Below, one piece after another: positions 52,947 to 62,557 of a stretch of 64,000 nt of DNA. Below the pieces are notes generated by a model. The model was given only the letters and a program-made list of their open reading frames with translations. It ran no database searches and was not told where the DNA came from. The translations under genes were made by a program, and so were the position numbers. Origin of the DNA: Bacteroidota bacterium (lineage in GTDB: Bacteria > Bacteroidota > Bacteroidia > Bacteroidales > VadinHA17). Numbering within the stretch: position 1 is the stretch's first letter; each line of letters opens with the position of its first letter. Location: positions 126,903 to 190,902 of the forward strand of contig JAZDMU010000002.1 in NCBI GenBank assembly GCA_043800695.1, given 5' to 3'.

Positions 52947-54011
52947 ATGAGGCAGTTATTAAAATTATTTCTTAAGCATCCGGCAACCTGGTTGATAGTA
53001 ATTTTTTTGATACAGTGTGAAAGCAATGACAGGTATTATCGTCCTGATGTTCCTGAACAACTTTGTGCAGTGGGAATTATTGATATTGATGATACGGCAA
53101 GTACCAGTACATTATATCCTCTCAGAGACCAGAGCAACCTGCGTCATTTATCTTTTGAGAAATCATACCAGTCAGAATTTCCTGAAGACGCTGCAAACTC
53201 ATTAAGGGAGTTTGAATTCACTATTTCATCAGCTAATGAGGAATTATTCCGGTATTTTTGTGATTCCACACAGAATAAAATCATTGACCTCAGGATTCCT
53301 GACAGTATCGTGTTTTATCCGGGAGAGAAATATTCACTAAAGGCAAAAGAAAGAAGTGTGCAAGAAATTTATGCGGAAACAGTCGCACCAGAATCACCAT
53401 CGACGCCGGAATTTATTTCATTTAGTAAAGGAAGAGCTGTAGTTACAAAACCAACAAATGCATGTAACCAGGACTCAAATGCAAGATATGTCATGATCCG
53501 CTTTTCATTTGAAAAAGAACAAAACATGTATTATGCCCTGATGGTTGACGGATGGGGATTCTCCACATCAAGCACTTACGTTCCGTTTCCCGGATTTCTG
53601 GATTTTTCAATTAACGAAAGCAATACTCCCGGTTTCTTTTCTGAAATGCAGGGCTTAAAAATGTATCGTTATGTCTGTACCGGACAAACAAGACTCATTG
53701 AAGCATTACATGCAACTTCATATTTAATTGAAGGAGAAAATATTCCGGATACAGAATGTGTAATGACTATTTATATTCGCTACTGGGACCTATACTGCCC
53801 ATATGATGTTTTCAAATCAATAAGGATACGGCTTATGTCTATACCGGGAGAATTATATTCTTTTGAAAAGAGTATTTATGCATACAGGAAAACATCGGGA
53901 GATCCCTTTGTCGAACCGATTTACACCGGAGGTAATATCAGAAGGGGATATGGGATATTTGCACTTTGCCGTAGCACGGAGCTCGTAATGAACTTTTCTC
54001 CATGGATTTGA
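52947..54011 (+). CDS. DUF4249-like lipoprotein (paralogue 1)
   Basis: 354 aa with a lipobox (FLIQC). It has the N-terminal CESNDRYYRPDVPEQLCAVGIID and the C-terminal …GGNIRRGYGIFALCRS… block typical of DUF4249. It sits immediately after a TBDR, as that family usually does. Confidence 0.6.
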   Translation: MRQLLKLFLKHPATWLIVIFLIQCESNDRYYRPDVPEQLCAVGIIDIDDTASTSTLYPLRDQSNLRHLSFEKSYQSEFPEDAANSLREFEFTISSANEELFRYFCDSTQNKIIDLRIPDSIVFYPGEKYSLKAKERSVQEIYAETVAPESPSTPEFISFSKGRAVVTKPTNACNQDSNARYVMIRFSFEKEQNMYYALMVDGWGFSTSSTYVPFPGFLDFSINESNTPGFFSEMQGLKMYRYVCTGQTRLIEALHATSYLIEGENIPDTECVMTIYIRYWDLYCPYDVFKSIRIRLMSIPGELYSFEKSIYAYRKTSGDPFVEPIYTGGNIRRGYGIFALCRSTELVMNFSPWI

Positions 54012-55171
54012 TTTCTTCAAATAAGATAATTGAATATTTAAAGGATAAGAATAATCTTATAATAAGATTTTATATCTGCCTCTTCCATGTAGTCAGATGT
54101 ACTGCTAAGACGATCATTTTATCTCTGCTTTTTATTAGTTGTGAAAGCAATGACAGATTCTATCGTCCGGATTTACCGGAAAAGCTTTGCGTCATTGGAA
54201 TTATTGATGTAGATGATACTACAAATTACAATTTTTCTTTACGCGATATAATAGATACAAGAAATAGTACCCGTTATCTTACTGTTGAGAAATCTATTCA
54301 ATCAGAATACTGCCAGACGGAACTATATGATTCCTTAAGTGATCTGTCATTTAAAATTTATTCCGAGATTGATGAAATTTTTAGTTTTCATAATACCGGA
54401 ACTATAATAAATCCCTTGAAATTTGAGCTTCCTGATAGTCTGATCTTTTATACGGGGAATGATTACTATTTTCAGGCAAAAGAAAAGGATCTGCCACAAA
54501 TTACAGCCAAAACGACAGTACCGGAAATCCCTTCAGATTTAATACTGAAATCTATCAGAGAAGAAGTTACTCCGATTGAGTCGACAGGGTTATATCGCGA
54601 CGGTACAAATATAAAATATATAAAAACTGTTGTTTTTGATATCTCATTTGCCAACAATTATGATAAAGACCACTATTATATGATATTATTGATAGTACGC
54701 GGATTGTATGATATCACACCCTATTCAGGTCCTCACGACTTTTCTGTAAGAGAGACCAACACACCCGGATTCTTTGCCGAAATGCAAGGAATAAACACAT
54801 ATCACTGGGTCTTAACAGAAGAAGGAGAAACTGATGGCCCGGTTTCCAATGCCATTGCTTATTTTATAAACGAGAATAAAATTCCTGAAAATTACTGTAA
54901 TATGACCCTGGCAGTTCAATATAATGACGGATACTCTCCGATTGAGAAGCTGGCATCAGTACAAATAAAACTACTTTCAATTCCTGAAGTATTTTATCAT
55001 TTCGAGAAAGACCTCTATAATTATGGTAAAATAAAACAGGATCCATTTTCAGAACCGGTTTATCTGAATGGTAACATTAAAAATGGTAATGGAGTTTTTG
55101 CGGTATGCAGGAGTAGTGAACTCATCATAAAGTTTCCTTTAGGATTCAAGGATATTTCACCTCAACAATAG
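54002..55171 (+). CDS. DUF4249-like lipoprotein (paralogue 2)
   Basis: 389 aa with a lipobox (LLFISC). It has CESNDRFYRPDLPEKLCVIGIID and the C-terminal …NGNIKNGNGVFAVCRS…. It overlaps paralogue 1 by 10 nt. Confidence 0.6.
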   Translation: MDLISSNKIIEYLKDKNNLIIRFYICLFHVVRCTAKTIILSLLFISCESNDRFYRPDLPEKLCVIGIIDVDDTTNYNFSLRDIIDTRNSTRYLTVEKSIQSEYCQTELYDSLSDLSFKIYSEIDEIFSFHNTGTIINPLKFELPDSLIFYTGNDYYFQAKEKDLPQITAKTTVPEIPSDLILKSIREEVTPIESTGLYRDGTNIKYIKTVVFDISFANNYDKDHYYMILLIVRGLYDITPYSGPHDFSVRETNTPGFFAEMQGINTYHWVLTEEGETDGPVSNAIAYFINENKIPENYCNMTLAVQYNDGYSPIEKLASVQIKLLSIPEVFYHFEKDLYNYGKIKQDPFSEPVYLNGNIKNGNGVFAVCRSSELIIKFPLGFKDISPQQ

Positions 55172-55237
55172 AACTCGAAAAAATTGGATTCTGTTTGTTT
55201 TCAGGTTTTTGATTCAATTCTTCGACAAACAATGAAT

Positions 55238-56299
55238 TCACAGTTTTTCAGCTATAAGATCGCCGACCTCCGAAGTTGAGTATCCCATCTTTCCTGCTCC
55301 CAGGTCTTTCAGCTTATTTGCCGTTACATCCATAACTGCTTTTTCTATAGCTTCAGCAGCTTTTGCTTCACCCAGTGTATCAAGCATCATTGCACCCGAA
55401 GAAATGGCTGCAAGCGGATTGATAATATTCATGCCGGTATATTTCGGAGCGGAACCTCCTATCGGCTCAAACATCGATACTCCTTCCGGATTGATGTTCC
55501 CGCCTGCAGCAATACCCATACCTCCCTGTGTTATCGCCCCAAGGTCGGTTATGATATCCCCGAACATGTTTCCTGTTACGATCACATCGAACCACTCGGG
55601 ATTCTTTACCATCCACATCACTGTTGCATCAACATGATAATATTCCCTTTTGATGTCGGGAAAATCAGCTTTCCCCATCTCATGAAATGCCCTTTCCCAG
55701 AGATCCCATACATAGGTAAGTACATTTGTTTTTCCGCAGAGTGCAAGGGTATTCTTCTTTTTTCTTTTTCTTGTGTACTCAAATGCATAACGGAGACACC
55801 TGTCCACCTGGCTGCGGGTATAGATCATGTTCTGTACGGCGACTTCATCAGGTGTTCCTTTCTGTGTTACTCCTCCAACCCCGGTATAAACATCTCCCGA
55901 GTTCTCCCTGACCACAACATAGTCGATATGTTCGGGACCCTTATCTTTCAGGGGTGTGGCTACACCCGGGTAAAGCTTCACCGGACGCAGATTGATATAC
56001 TGGTCAAGCTCAAAACGGAGCCTGAGCAGGATGCCTTTTTCAAGGATCCCCGGCTTTACATCAGGATGGCCGATGGCTCCGAGAAGTATGGAATCGAATT
56101 TCTTCAGCTGTCCGACTGCTGTATCAGGAAGCACTTCGCCTGTGCGCAGGTACCTGTCGCCTCCGAAATCGAACTCTTCATAATTCATCTTAAAGCCGAA
56201 TTTTGAAGCTGATGCGCTTAGTACCTTCCTTGCCTCCCTTACAACTTCAGGACCGGTGCCGTCGCCCGGGATCACAGCAATATTGTATGATTTGCTCAT
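55238..56299 (-). CDS. leuB: 3-isopropylmalate dehydrogenase
   Basis: 353 aa. …IAVIPGDGTGPEV…LLGAIG…NLRP…VRENSGD…GNMFGDIITD… are IPMDH motifs. Confidence 0.95.
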   Translation of the reverse strand: MSKSYNIAVIPGDGTGPEVVREARKVLSASASKFGFKMNYEEFDFGGDRYLRTGEVLPDTAVGQLKKFDSILLGAIGHPDVKPGILEKGILLRLRFELDQYINLRPVKLYPGVATPLKDKGPEHIDYVVVRENSGDVYTGVGGVTQKGTPDEVAVQNMIYTRSQVDRCLRYAFEYTRKRKKKNTLALCGKTNVLTYVWDLWERAFHEMGKADFPDIKREYYHVDATVMWMVKNPEWFDVIVTGNMFGDIITDLGAITQGGMGIAAGGNINPEGVSMFEPIGGSAPKYTGMNIINPLAAISSGAMMLDTLGEAKAAEAIEKAVMDVTANKLKDLGAGKMGYSTSEVGDLIAEKL

Positions 56300-56319
56300 A
56301 AGTGTAATTTTTACATTTA

Positions 56320-57879
56320 TTATTCAGACTGAATATTGTCAGAGAGTTTCTCAGCAAGCTTAATTTCATTGTTCTCAACGATATTCAGCATTTTCTCTGT
56401 TGCCTTTATTGCCGATTCTGTCTGATCGGCATCAAGCCCCCTTGTTTTGAACTCACGGTCATCCAGGTTCCAGGTGATCACTGTCTCAACCAGAGCGTCG
56501 GTCTTTCCTCCCGGAGGTATCGATACCTGGTAGTCAGTCAGAAGAGGAAGAGGCTTGCCGAGCTTGTCATAAATTACCCTTAGAGCCCTCATGAAGGCGT
56601 CGTACTGCCCGTCGCCCGAAGAGGTCTCCTGATAAAGTGTACCATCTATATCGATCTGAACGCTCGCAGACGGTTTCATGCCGAATGACAGTGAAAGTGA
56701 ATAATTTTTTATATGAATCTTATAGTCTGAAGTATCTGATCCAAGCACATCGGCGATTATGAAAGGGAGATCGGCATTGGTGACATTTTCCTTCTTGTCT
56801 CCAAGTTCTATAACTCTCTGGGTTATCTTCTCTACAGATTCAGGGCTTAGAGATAAGCCGAACTCCTCAAGATTCTTCCTGATTGTCGCTTTGCCCGACT
56901 GCTTACCGAGGGCGTATTTCCTTTTTCTCCCGAACCGCTCGGGAAGGAGATCATTGTAATAGAGGTTGTCCTTACTGTCGCCGTCGGCATGCACGCCTGA
57001 TGTCTGCGTGAATACATTCTCTCCGATAACAGGCTTGTTGACCGGGATCCTGATGCCGCTGAAGGTTTCCACGATCCTGCTCACCTTTGTGATCTCAAAT
57101 TCATTTATGCCCGTTTCGGCATCAAGCTGGTCGCGGAGCACTCCTATCACGCTTGAGAGGGGAGCGTTTCCGGCGCGTTCACCCAGGCCGTTTATTGTTG
57201 TGTGGATTCCCGTTATTCCGGCTTTTACTGCTGAAAAGACATTTGCAACTGCAAGGTCATAGTCATTATGAGCATGGAAATCAAACTGAAGTGACGGGTA
57301 CCTGTCAGTGACCTTTTTGCAGAACGTATAAGTCTGTTCAGGGTTAAGTATACCGAGAGTATCGGGAAGCATGAACCTTTGTATTTTTTCATCCTTCAGC
57401 GAATCAAGCATGAAAAAGACATAATCCTCAGAGCTGATCATCCCGTTTGACCAGTCTTCAAGGTAGATATTTACCTGCATATCAGACTCTGCGGCTTTCC
57501 TGACTATATCTTTAATATCACATACATGTTTTTCGGGGGTTTTCCTGAGCTGCTTTTCAAGATGTCTCAGCGACCCTTTGCACAAAAGATTGATGACCTT
57601 CCCTCCGGCGCTTCTGATCCAGTTCAGGGAGACCTCTCCGTCAACAAACCCAAGCACCTCTATTTTTTCAATGATATTGTTGTGCCGGGCCCAGTCGGTT
57701 ATTCTTTTAATGGCTTCAAATTCGCCGGTGGAGACACGTGCTGACGCGACCTCAATACGATCGACTCCGAGATCCTTGAGGAGGAGCTTAGCTATATTAA
57801 GCTTTTCGAGAGGCATGTAGGAGACACCCTGTGTCTGCTCACCGTCCCTCAGTGTGGTGTCCATTATTTCTATTCTCAT
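56320..57879 (-). CDS. Citramalate synthase / 2-isopropylmalate synthase paralogue (LeuA family with LeuA-dimer domain)
   Basis: 519 aa. …[16 protein letters not shown]…HAHNDYDLAVAN…, its size and its C-terminal regulatory domain resemble CimA-type enzymes. It is the second LeuA-family gene in the same operon. Confidence 0.7.
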   Translation of the reverse strand: MRIEIMDTTLRDGEQTQGVSYMPLEKLNIAKLLLKDLGVDRIEVASARVSTGEFEAIKRITDWARHNNIIEKIEVLGFVDGEVSLNWIRSAGGKVINLLCKGSLRHLEKQLRKTPEKHVCDIKDIVRKAAESDMQVNIYLEDWSNGMISSEDYVFFMLDSLKDEKIQRFMLPDTLGILNPEQTYTFCKKVTDRYPSLQFDFHAHNDYDLAVANVFSAVKAGITGIHTTINGLGERAGNAPLSSVIGVLRDQLDAETGINEFEITKVSRIVETFSGIRIPVNKPVIGENVFTQTSGVHADGDSKDNLYYNDLLPERFGRKRKYALGKQSGKATIRKNLEEFGLSLSPESVEKITQRVIELGDKKENVTNADLPFIIADVLGSDTSDYKIHIKNYSLSLSFGMKPSASVQIDIDGTLYQETSSGDGQYDAFMRALRVIYDKLGKPLPLLTDYQVSIPPGGKTDALVETVITWNLDDREFKTRGLDADQTESAIKATEKMLNIVENNEIKLAEKLSDNIQSE

Positions 57880-58477
57880 ATTTGAGCGTATTTCTTAATT
57901 CAAAAGCTGAAATAACATTTTTCATTGCTGTCAGGTAATCGACATCATCAAGGCCTTTCAACAGGCACTCTTTTTTATATGCGTTTATTTCAAATGAGAC
58001 TGGTTCACTGTCAGGAAGCAGTGAAAGATGCTGTTTCCCGAGATCAATTCTCACCATGCTGTCCGGTTTACTTTCAATTGCTGTCAGAAGGTGAGCCAGG
58101 TACTCTTCAGGGACCACGACAGGAAGAAGACCGTTATTAAGTGCATTGTTCTTGAATATGTCGGCAAAGAAACTTGAGACCACGACCCTGAAGCCATAGC
58201 TCGTGATTGCCCACACGGCATGCTCGCGGCTTGATCCGCATCCGAAGTTCCTTCCAGCAACAAGAACGCTTCCCTTGTACTGAGCATCATTAAGGACAAA
58301 GCCTTCCCTTGTGTTCCCGGCATTGTCATACCTCCAGTCGCGGAAGAGATTCTCCCCGAATCCTTCGCGTGATGTGGCGCTGAGGAATCTGGCAGGAATT
58401 ATCTGGTCGGTATCAACATTCTCCAGCGGAAGCGGAACGCATGTCGATTCAAGTATGTCAAATTTTTCTTTCTGCAT
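57839..58477 (-). CDS. leuD: 3-isopropylmalate dehydratase small subunit
   Basis: 212 aa. …VDTDQIIPARFL…GRNFGCGSSREHA… are LeuD motifs. The 3' end overlaps the next gene by up to 41 nt. Confidence 0.9.
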   Translation of the reverse strand: MQKEKFDILESTCVPLPLENVDTDQIIPARFLSATSREGFGENLFRDWRYDNAGNTREGFVLNDAQYKGSVLVAGRNFGCGSSREHAVWAITSYGFRVVVSSFFADIFKNNALNNGLLPVVVPEEYLAHLLTAIESKPDSMVRIDLGKQHLSLLPDSEPVSFEINAYKKECLLKGLDDVDYLTAMKNVISAFELRNTLKYENRNNGHHTEGR

Positions 58478-58490
58478 AATTGCCTTATTG

Positions 58491-59879
58491 TTAATAAGTT
58501 AACAGATCGCGGGGATCGGTGATCCTGCCCGTCACCGCTGCTGCCGCAGCCGTCAGGGGACTTGCAAGAATGGTCCTTGCTCCCGGTCCCTGGCGCCCTT
58601 CGAAGTTCCTGTTCGATGTTGAGACAGCATATTTCCCGGCAGGTATCTTGTCTTCATTCATGGCGAGGCATGAGGAGCATCCGGGCTGCCTCAGCTGGAA
58701 TCCTGCCTCTTCAAGTATCCTGTCAAGTCCCTCATCTTTAGCCTGCTGCTCCACTTTCCTTGATCCGGGAACAATAAGTGCAGTGACACCGGCCGCTCTT
58801 TTCCTTCCTTTTACCAGGAGGGCAAATTCCCTTATATCCTCGATCCTGCCGTTTGTGCAGCTGCCAAGGAATACATAGTTTATCGGAAGGCCGGCCAGCT
58901 TTGATCCCGGTTTAAATCCCATATAATCAAGGGCTTTCATGAATGATGGTGAACCTGAATATGGGATTGTTCCATCTATTGCCATTCCCATCCCGGGATT
59001 TGTGCCATAGGTTATCATCGGGCAGATCTCATCAGCATTGAAAGCAAGCTCTTTGTCAAAAACTGCACCCTCATCGCTCTTAAGTGAACGCCATCTCAGC
59101 AGCATCGATTTGAAATCGTTGCGTGTCGACAGCGGGGGGATTTTGTTGAGATACTGGAACGTCGTAAGATCAGGAGCAATGAATCCACCCCTTGCACCCA
59201 TCTCGATGCTCATATTACAAACGGTCATCCTTCCTTCCATCGAGAGGGATTCAATTGCGGCGCCTGCATATTCAACGAAATAACCTGTTGCTCCTCCCGA
59301 CGATATTTGAGATATAATATATAGTATAAGGTCCTTGGAGGTTACGCCCGGCTTAAGGGCTCCGTTCACGGTTATCCGCATTGTCTTCGGTTTCTGCTGC
59401 ATGATGCATTGCGAAGCAAGCACCATTTCGACCTCGCTTGTGCCTATGCCGAAAGCGATTGTCCCGAACGCGCCATGGGTTGAAGTGTGGCTGTCGCCGC
59501 ACACTATGGTCATTCCGGGAAGGGTATATCCGAGTTCGGGTCCGATTACGTGGACAATACCGTTACGCGGATCGCCCAGCCCGAAATACTCGATATTGAA
59601 TTCCCTGCAGTTCTCTTTCAGTTTATCAACCTGAAGACGGGATTGCTCATCGGGTATTGTCAGATGCTGGTTCCTGGTCGGTATATTGTGATCGGCAGTT
59701 GCGAGTGTCTTCCTCGGCCTGAAAACCGGGATCCCTCTCTGTCGCAATCCTTCAAAAGCCTGCGGGCTTGTTACCTCATGAATGTAGTGCTGGTCGATAT
59801 ACAGCACATCAGGTCCTCCTTCAATTGAACGAACCACATGAGAATCCCATATTTTGTCAAATAAAGTTTTTGGTATCAT
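58491..59879 (-). CDS. leuC: 3-isopropylmalate dehydratase large subunit
   Basis: 462 aa. …[14 protein letters not shown]…[14 protein letters not shown]…[11 protein letters not shown]…GCSSCLAMN… are aconitase-family LeuC motifs. Confidence 0.95.
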   Translation of the reverse strand: MIPKTLFDKIWDSHVVRSIEGGPDVLYIDQHYIHEVTSPQAFEGLRQRGIPVFRPRKTLATADHNIPTRNQHLTIPDEQSRLQVDKLKENCREFNIEYFGLGDPRNGIVHVIGPELGYTLPGMTIVCGDSHTSTHGAFGTIAFGIGTSEVEMVLASQCIMQQKPKTMRITVNGALKPGVTSKDLILYIISQISSGGATGYFVEYAGAAIESLSMEGRMTVCNMSIEMGARGGFIAPDLTTFQYLNKIPPLSTRNDFKSMLLRWRSLKSDEGAVFDKELAFNADEICPMITYGTNPGMGMAIDGTIPYSGSPSFMKALDYMGFKPGSKLAGLPINYVFLGSCTNGRIEDIREFALLVKGRKRAAGVTALIVPGSRKVEQQAKDEGLDRILEEAGFQLRQPGCSSCLAMNEDKIPAGKYAVSTSNRNFEGRQGPGARTILASPLTAAAAAVTGRITDPRDLLTY

Positions 59880-59896
59880 TAACCTGTTTATGTTTT

Positions 59897-59996
59897 CTTT
59901 GTGTCTCTCTGTGCATTCTCTGTGTCTCTCTGTGTAAGTTTTTCTTTTTTCTTGTTACACAGAGTTCCACTGAGAAGACACAGAGTTACACAGAGG
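59897..59996. repeat. CACAGAG-word inverted-repeat element filling the leuA-leuC gap
   Basis: CTCTGTG words are followed by ...CTCTGTGTAA-N21-TTACACAGAG... and then CACAGAG words. 59953-59977 is the exact reverse complement of 12214-12238. The element ends at the leuA stop codon (59997-59999). Confidence 0.8.
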
Positions 59997-61490
59997 TTAT
60001 TTTATTTTCGATATTGCATCAATAAATGCCTCCACTGAAGCTGTTATTATATCGGTGCTTGTGCCGAAACCGTAATAGATCTTTCCTTCATGCTCCAGCT
60101 GAACATGCACCTTCCCGAGGTCATCGCTGCCCCTGGTGATCGCCTGTATAAGAAACTCCTCAAGATGTACGGTCTTGCTGATCAGGTGCTTAACTGCAGT
60201 GAAAGCCGCGTCAATAGGACCGTTTCCGGATGCAGTTGAAGTATGCACTTCGCCATTGATTTTTAATCCGACGGTTGCGACCGGAATCGCCGATTTGCCG
60301 CATGTAATTTGCAGAAGCTCGAGTTTAAGTGCTTTCTCTCCCTGGGACACTTCACCTGTAAGTATCCTTATATCCTCGTCATTTATTTCCTTCTTTTTGT
60401 CTGCAAGTAAAAGGAACCTGTGATATATCTCATCAATCTCTTCCTTTCCAAACCTGAATCCGAGCATCTCCAGCCGGTGGTTCAGAGCGGCACGGCCGCT
60501 TCGCGCAGTAAGGATGATGGATGATTCGCGGACACCAACCTCTACCGGATCAATGATCTCGTAGTTTTCCCGGTTTTTCAGAACACCATCCTGGTGGATG
60601 CCGGAGGAGTGTGCAAATGCATTTCGTCCGACTATCGCCTTGTTCGCCTGTACCGGCATGCTCATCAGTGTTGAGACCAGGCGGCTCGTGCTGTAGATCA
60701 GCTTTGAGTTGATATCGGTTTTAAGGTTCAGGTCGTGATGGCTTTTTATGATCATAGCCACCTCCTCGAGCGATGTGTTGCCGGCCCTTTCCCCAATGCC
60801 GTTGATCGTCACCTCAACCTGCCTTGCTCCGTAAATGACCCCCATCATTGTATTGGCTGTTGCCATTCCAAGATCGTTATGACAGTGGGTTGAAATTATC
60901 GCCTTATCAATATTCGGAACGTTTTCCTTCAGGTACCTGATCTTCGCCCCGTATTCCTCTGGCAGGCAGTAGCCTGTTGTATCAGGGATATTTACCACTG
61001 TAGCCCCGGCTTTTATGACTGCTTCAATTACTCTTGCGAGGTATTCATTCTCACTGCGTCCTGCATCCTCAGCATAGAATTCAACATCCTCAACAAATTT
61101 CTTTGCATATTTCACTGCGTCAACGGCCCGTTTCAGTATCTCCTCAGGGGTAGTCCTGATCTTATGCTGAATATGGAAAGGAGATGTGCCTATTCCGGTA
61201 TGTATCCTGCCTCTCTTCGCATATTGAAGTGCTTCAGCCGCTACTTCAATATCCTTCTTTACAGCACGGGTAAGGGCACAGATCACCGGGTTGGAAACTG
61301 CTTTGGAGATCTCGACCACCGAGTTGAAGTCACCGGGGCTTGATACGGGGAAGCCTGCTTCAATCACATCGACGCCAAGGGCCTCGAGAGCTTCAGCCAC
61401 CTGGATCTTTTCAATTGTGTTCAGCTGGCATCCGGGTACCTGTTCACCGTCCCTCAGCGTTGTATCGAAAATTATTACTTTTTCCTGCAT
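59997..61490 (-). CDS. leuA: 2-isopropylmalate synthase
   Basis: 497 aa. …[14 protein letters not shown]…[12 protein letters not shown]…, and a C-terminal LeuA allosteric domain. Confidence 0.9.
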   Translation of the reverse strand: MQEKVIIFDTTLRDGEQVPGCQLNTIEKIQVAEALEALGVDVIEAGFPVSSPGDFNSVVEISKAVSNPVICALTRAVKKDIEVAAEALQYAKRGRIHTGIGTSPFHIQHKIRTTPEEILKRAVDAVKYAKKFVEDVEFYAEDAGRSENEYLARVIEAVIKAGATVVNIPDTTGYCLPEEYGAKIRYLKENVPNIDKAIISTHCHNDLGMATANTMMGVIYGARQVEVTINGIGERAGNTSLEEVAMIIKSHHDLNLKTDINSKLIYSTSRLVSTLMSMPVQANKAIVGRNAFAHSSGIHQDGVLKNRENYEIIDPVEVGVRESSIILTARSGRAALNHRLEMLGFRFGKEEIDEIYHRFLLLADKKKEINDEDIRILTGEVSQGEKALKLELLQITCGKSAIPVATVGLKINGEVHTSTASGNGPIDAAFTAVKHLISKTVHLEEFLIQAITRGSDDLGKVHVQLEHEGKIYYGFGTSTDIITASVEAFIDAISKIK

Positions 61491-61506
61491 AATGCTGGTT
61501 ATTAAA

Positions 61507-62553
61507 TTATTTGACCGGTCTCAGTTTTCTGACTGCTGCTCCGGCTTTCCACAGTTCGGAGCTTCCCATTTCATTAAGCTCGGCATCGAGCATCTCCTTA
61601 TAGTTGGGAGCGCCGGTTGATTCAAGCACCCTTACGCATTCCTCGCCCGACTTCACCCGTTTGTAAAGCTTCTTGAACACAGGGAGAGTGGCGTCCCTGA
61701 ATTTCGGCCTCCAGTCGAGCGCTCCTCTTTGTGCAGTGGCGCTGCAGTTGGAATACATCCAGTCCATGCCGTTCTCATCAACAAGGCGGATGAGACTCTG
61801 GGTGAGCTCTTCGACAGTCTCGTTGAAAGCTTCAGATGGAGTATGCCCGTTTTCGCGGAGCACCTGGTACTGTGCATCCATTATCCCTGCAAGAGCTCCC
61901 ATGAGTACGCCGCGTTCGCCTGTCAGATCGCTGAAGACCTCTTTTTCAAAAGTTGTGGGGAAGAGGTAACCCGAACCGATGGCTATACCAAGGGCGATGG
62001 TCCGCTCTTCGGCGCGTCCGGTAAAATCCTGGAATACCGAGTAGCTTGAATTGATCCCTGCTCCTGCAAGAAAGTTGCGCCTGACGCTTGTTCCTGATCC
62101 TTTGGGTGCGCACAGTATTACATCAATATCAGCAGGAGGGATGACCCCCGTATGCTTCTTGTAGGTAATCGAGAAACCGTGCGAAAAGTAGAGAGCCTTG
62201 CCTTTTGTGAGATCTGGCTTAATCACAGGCCACAGTATTCGCTGGGCAGCATCGGAGACAAGGTACTGGATGATTGTTCCTTTTGATGCAGCTTCCTTAA
62301 CGGGGAACAGCGTCACTCCCGGAACAAATCCGTCCCTTACAGCCTTGTCCCAGTCTGCCTTGAATTCGGGTGCCTGTCCGACAATCACATTGATGCCATT
62401 GTCTCTCATGTTCATTGCCTGTGCCGGACCCTGAACACCGTACCCGATGACTGCAACAACCTCATCTTTAAGAACTTCACGCGCTCTGGAAAGAGGGAAT
62501 TCCTCTCTTGTTACGACGGTTTCCAGTACTCCGCCAAAATCGATTTGTGCCAT
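61507..62553 (-). CDS. ilvC: Ketol-acid reductoisomerase (class I)
   Basis: I prefer the start at M19 of the track ORF (MAQIDFGG...). …[21 protein letters not shown]… is the NADPH site. Length is 348 aa. Confidence 0.9.
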   Translation of the reverse strand: MAQIDFGGVLETVVTREEFPLSRAREVLKDEVVAVIGYGVQGPAQAMNMRDNGINVIVGQAPEFKADWDKAVRDGFVPGVTLFPVKEAASKGTIIQYLVSDAAQRILWPVIKPDLTKGKALYFSHGFSITYKKHTGVIPPADIDVILCAPKGSGTSVRRNFLAGAGINSSYSVFQDFTGRAEERTIALGIAIGSGYLFPTTFEKEVFSDLTGERGVLMGALAGIMDAQYQVLRENGHTPSEAFNETVEELTQSLIRLVDENGMDWMYSNCSATAQRGALDWRPKFRDATLPVFKKLYKRVKSGEECVRVLESTGAPNYKEMLDAELNEMGSSELWKAGAAVRKLRPVK

Positions 62554-62557
62554 AATT

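Noticed and set aside
50368-55237. Calling the leuB-flanked cassette a bona fide mobile element or genomic island
   Set aside because: No integrase, transposase, terminal inverted repeats or tRNA target are visible. I report only the footprint (a diverged direct repeat of the gene's 3' end), not a mobile_element feature.
55634-56206. 190-aa plus-strand ORF inside leuB, and many similar 60-150-aa ORFs antisense to long genes (for example 37370-37825, 28127-28492, 10671-10970, 1232-1699, 46177-46560)
   Set aside because: All are fully embedded antisense or out-of-frame within well-supported conserved genes. They have low-complexity or Ser/Pro/Arg-rich composition typical of shadow ORFs, and I recognise no family.
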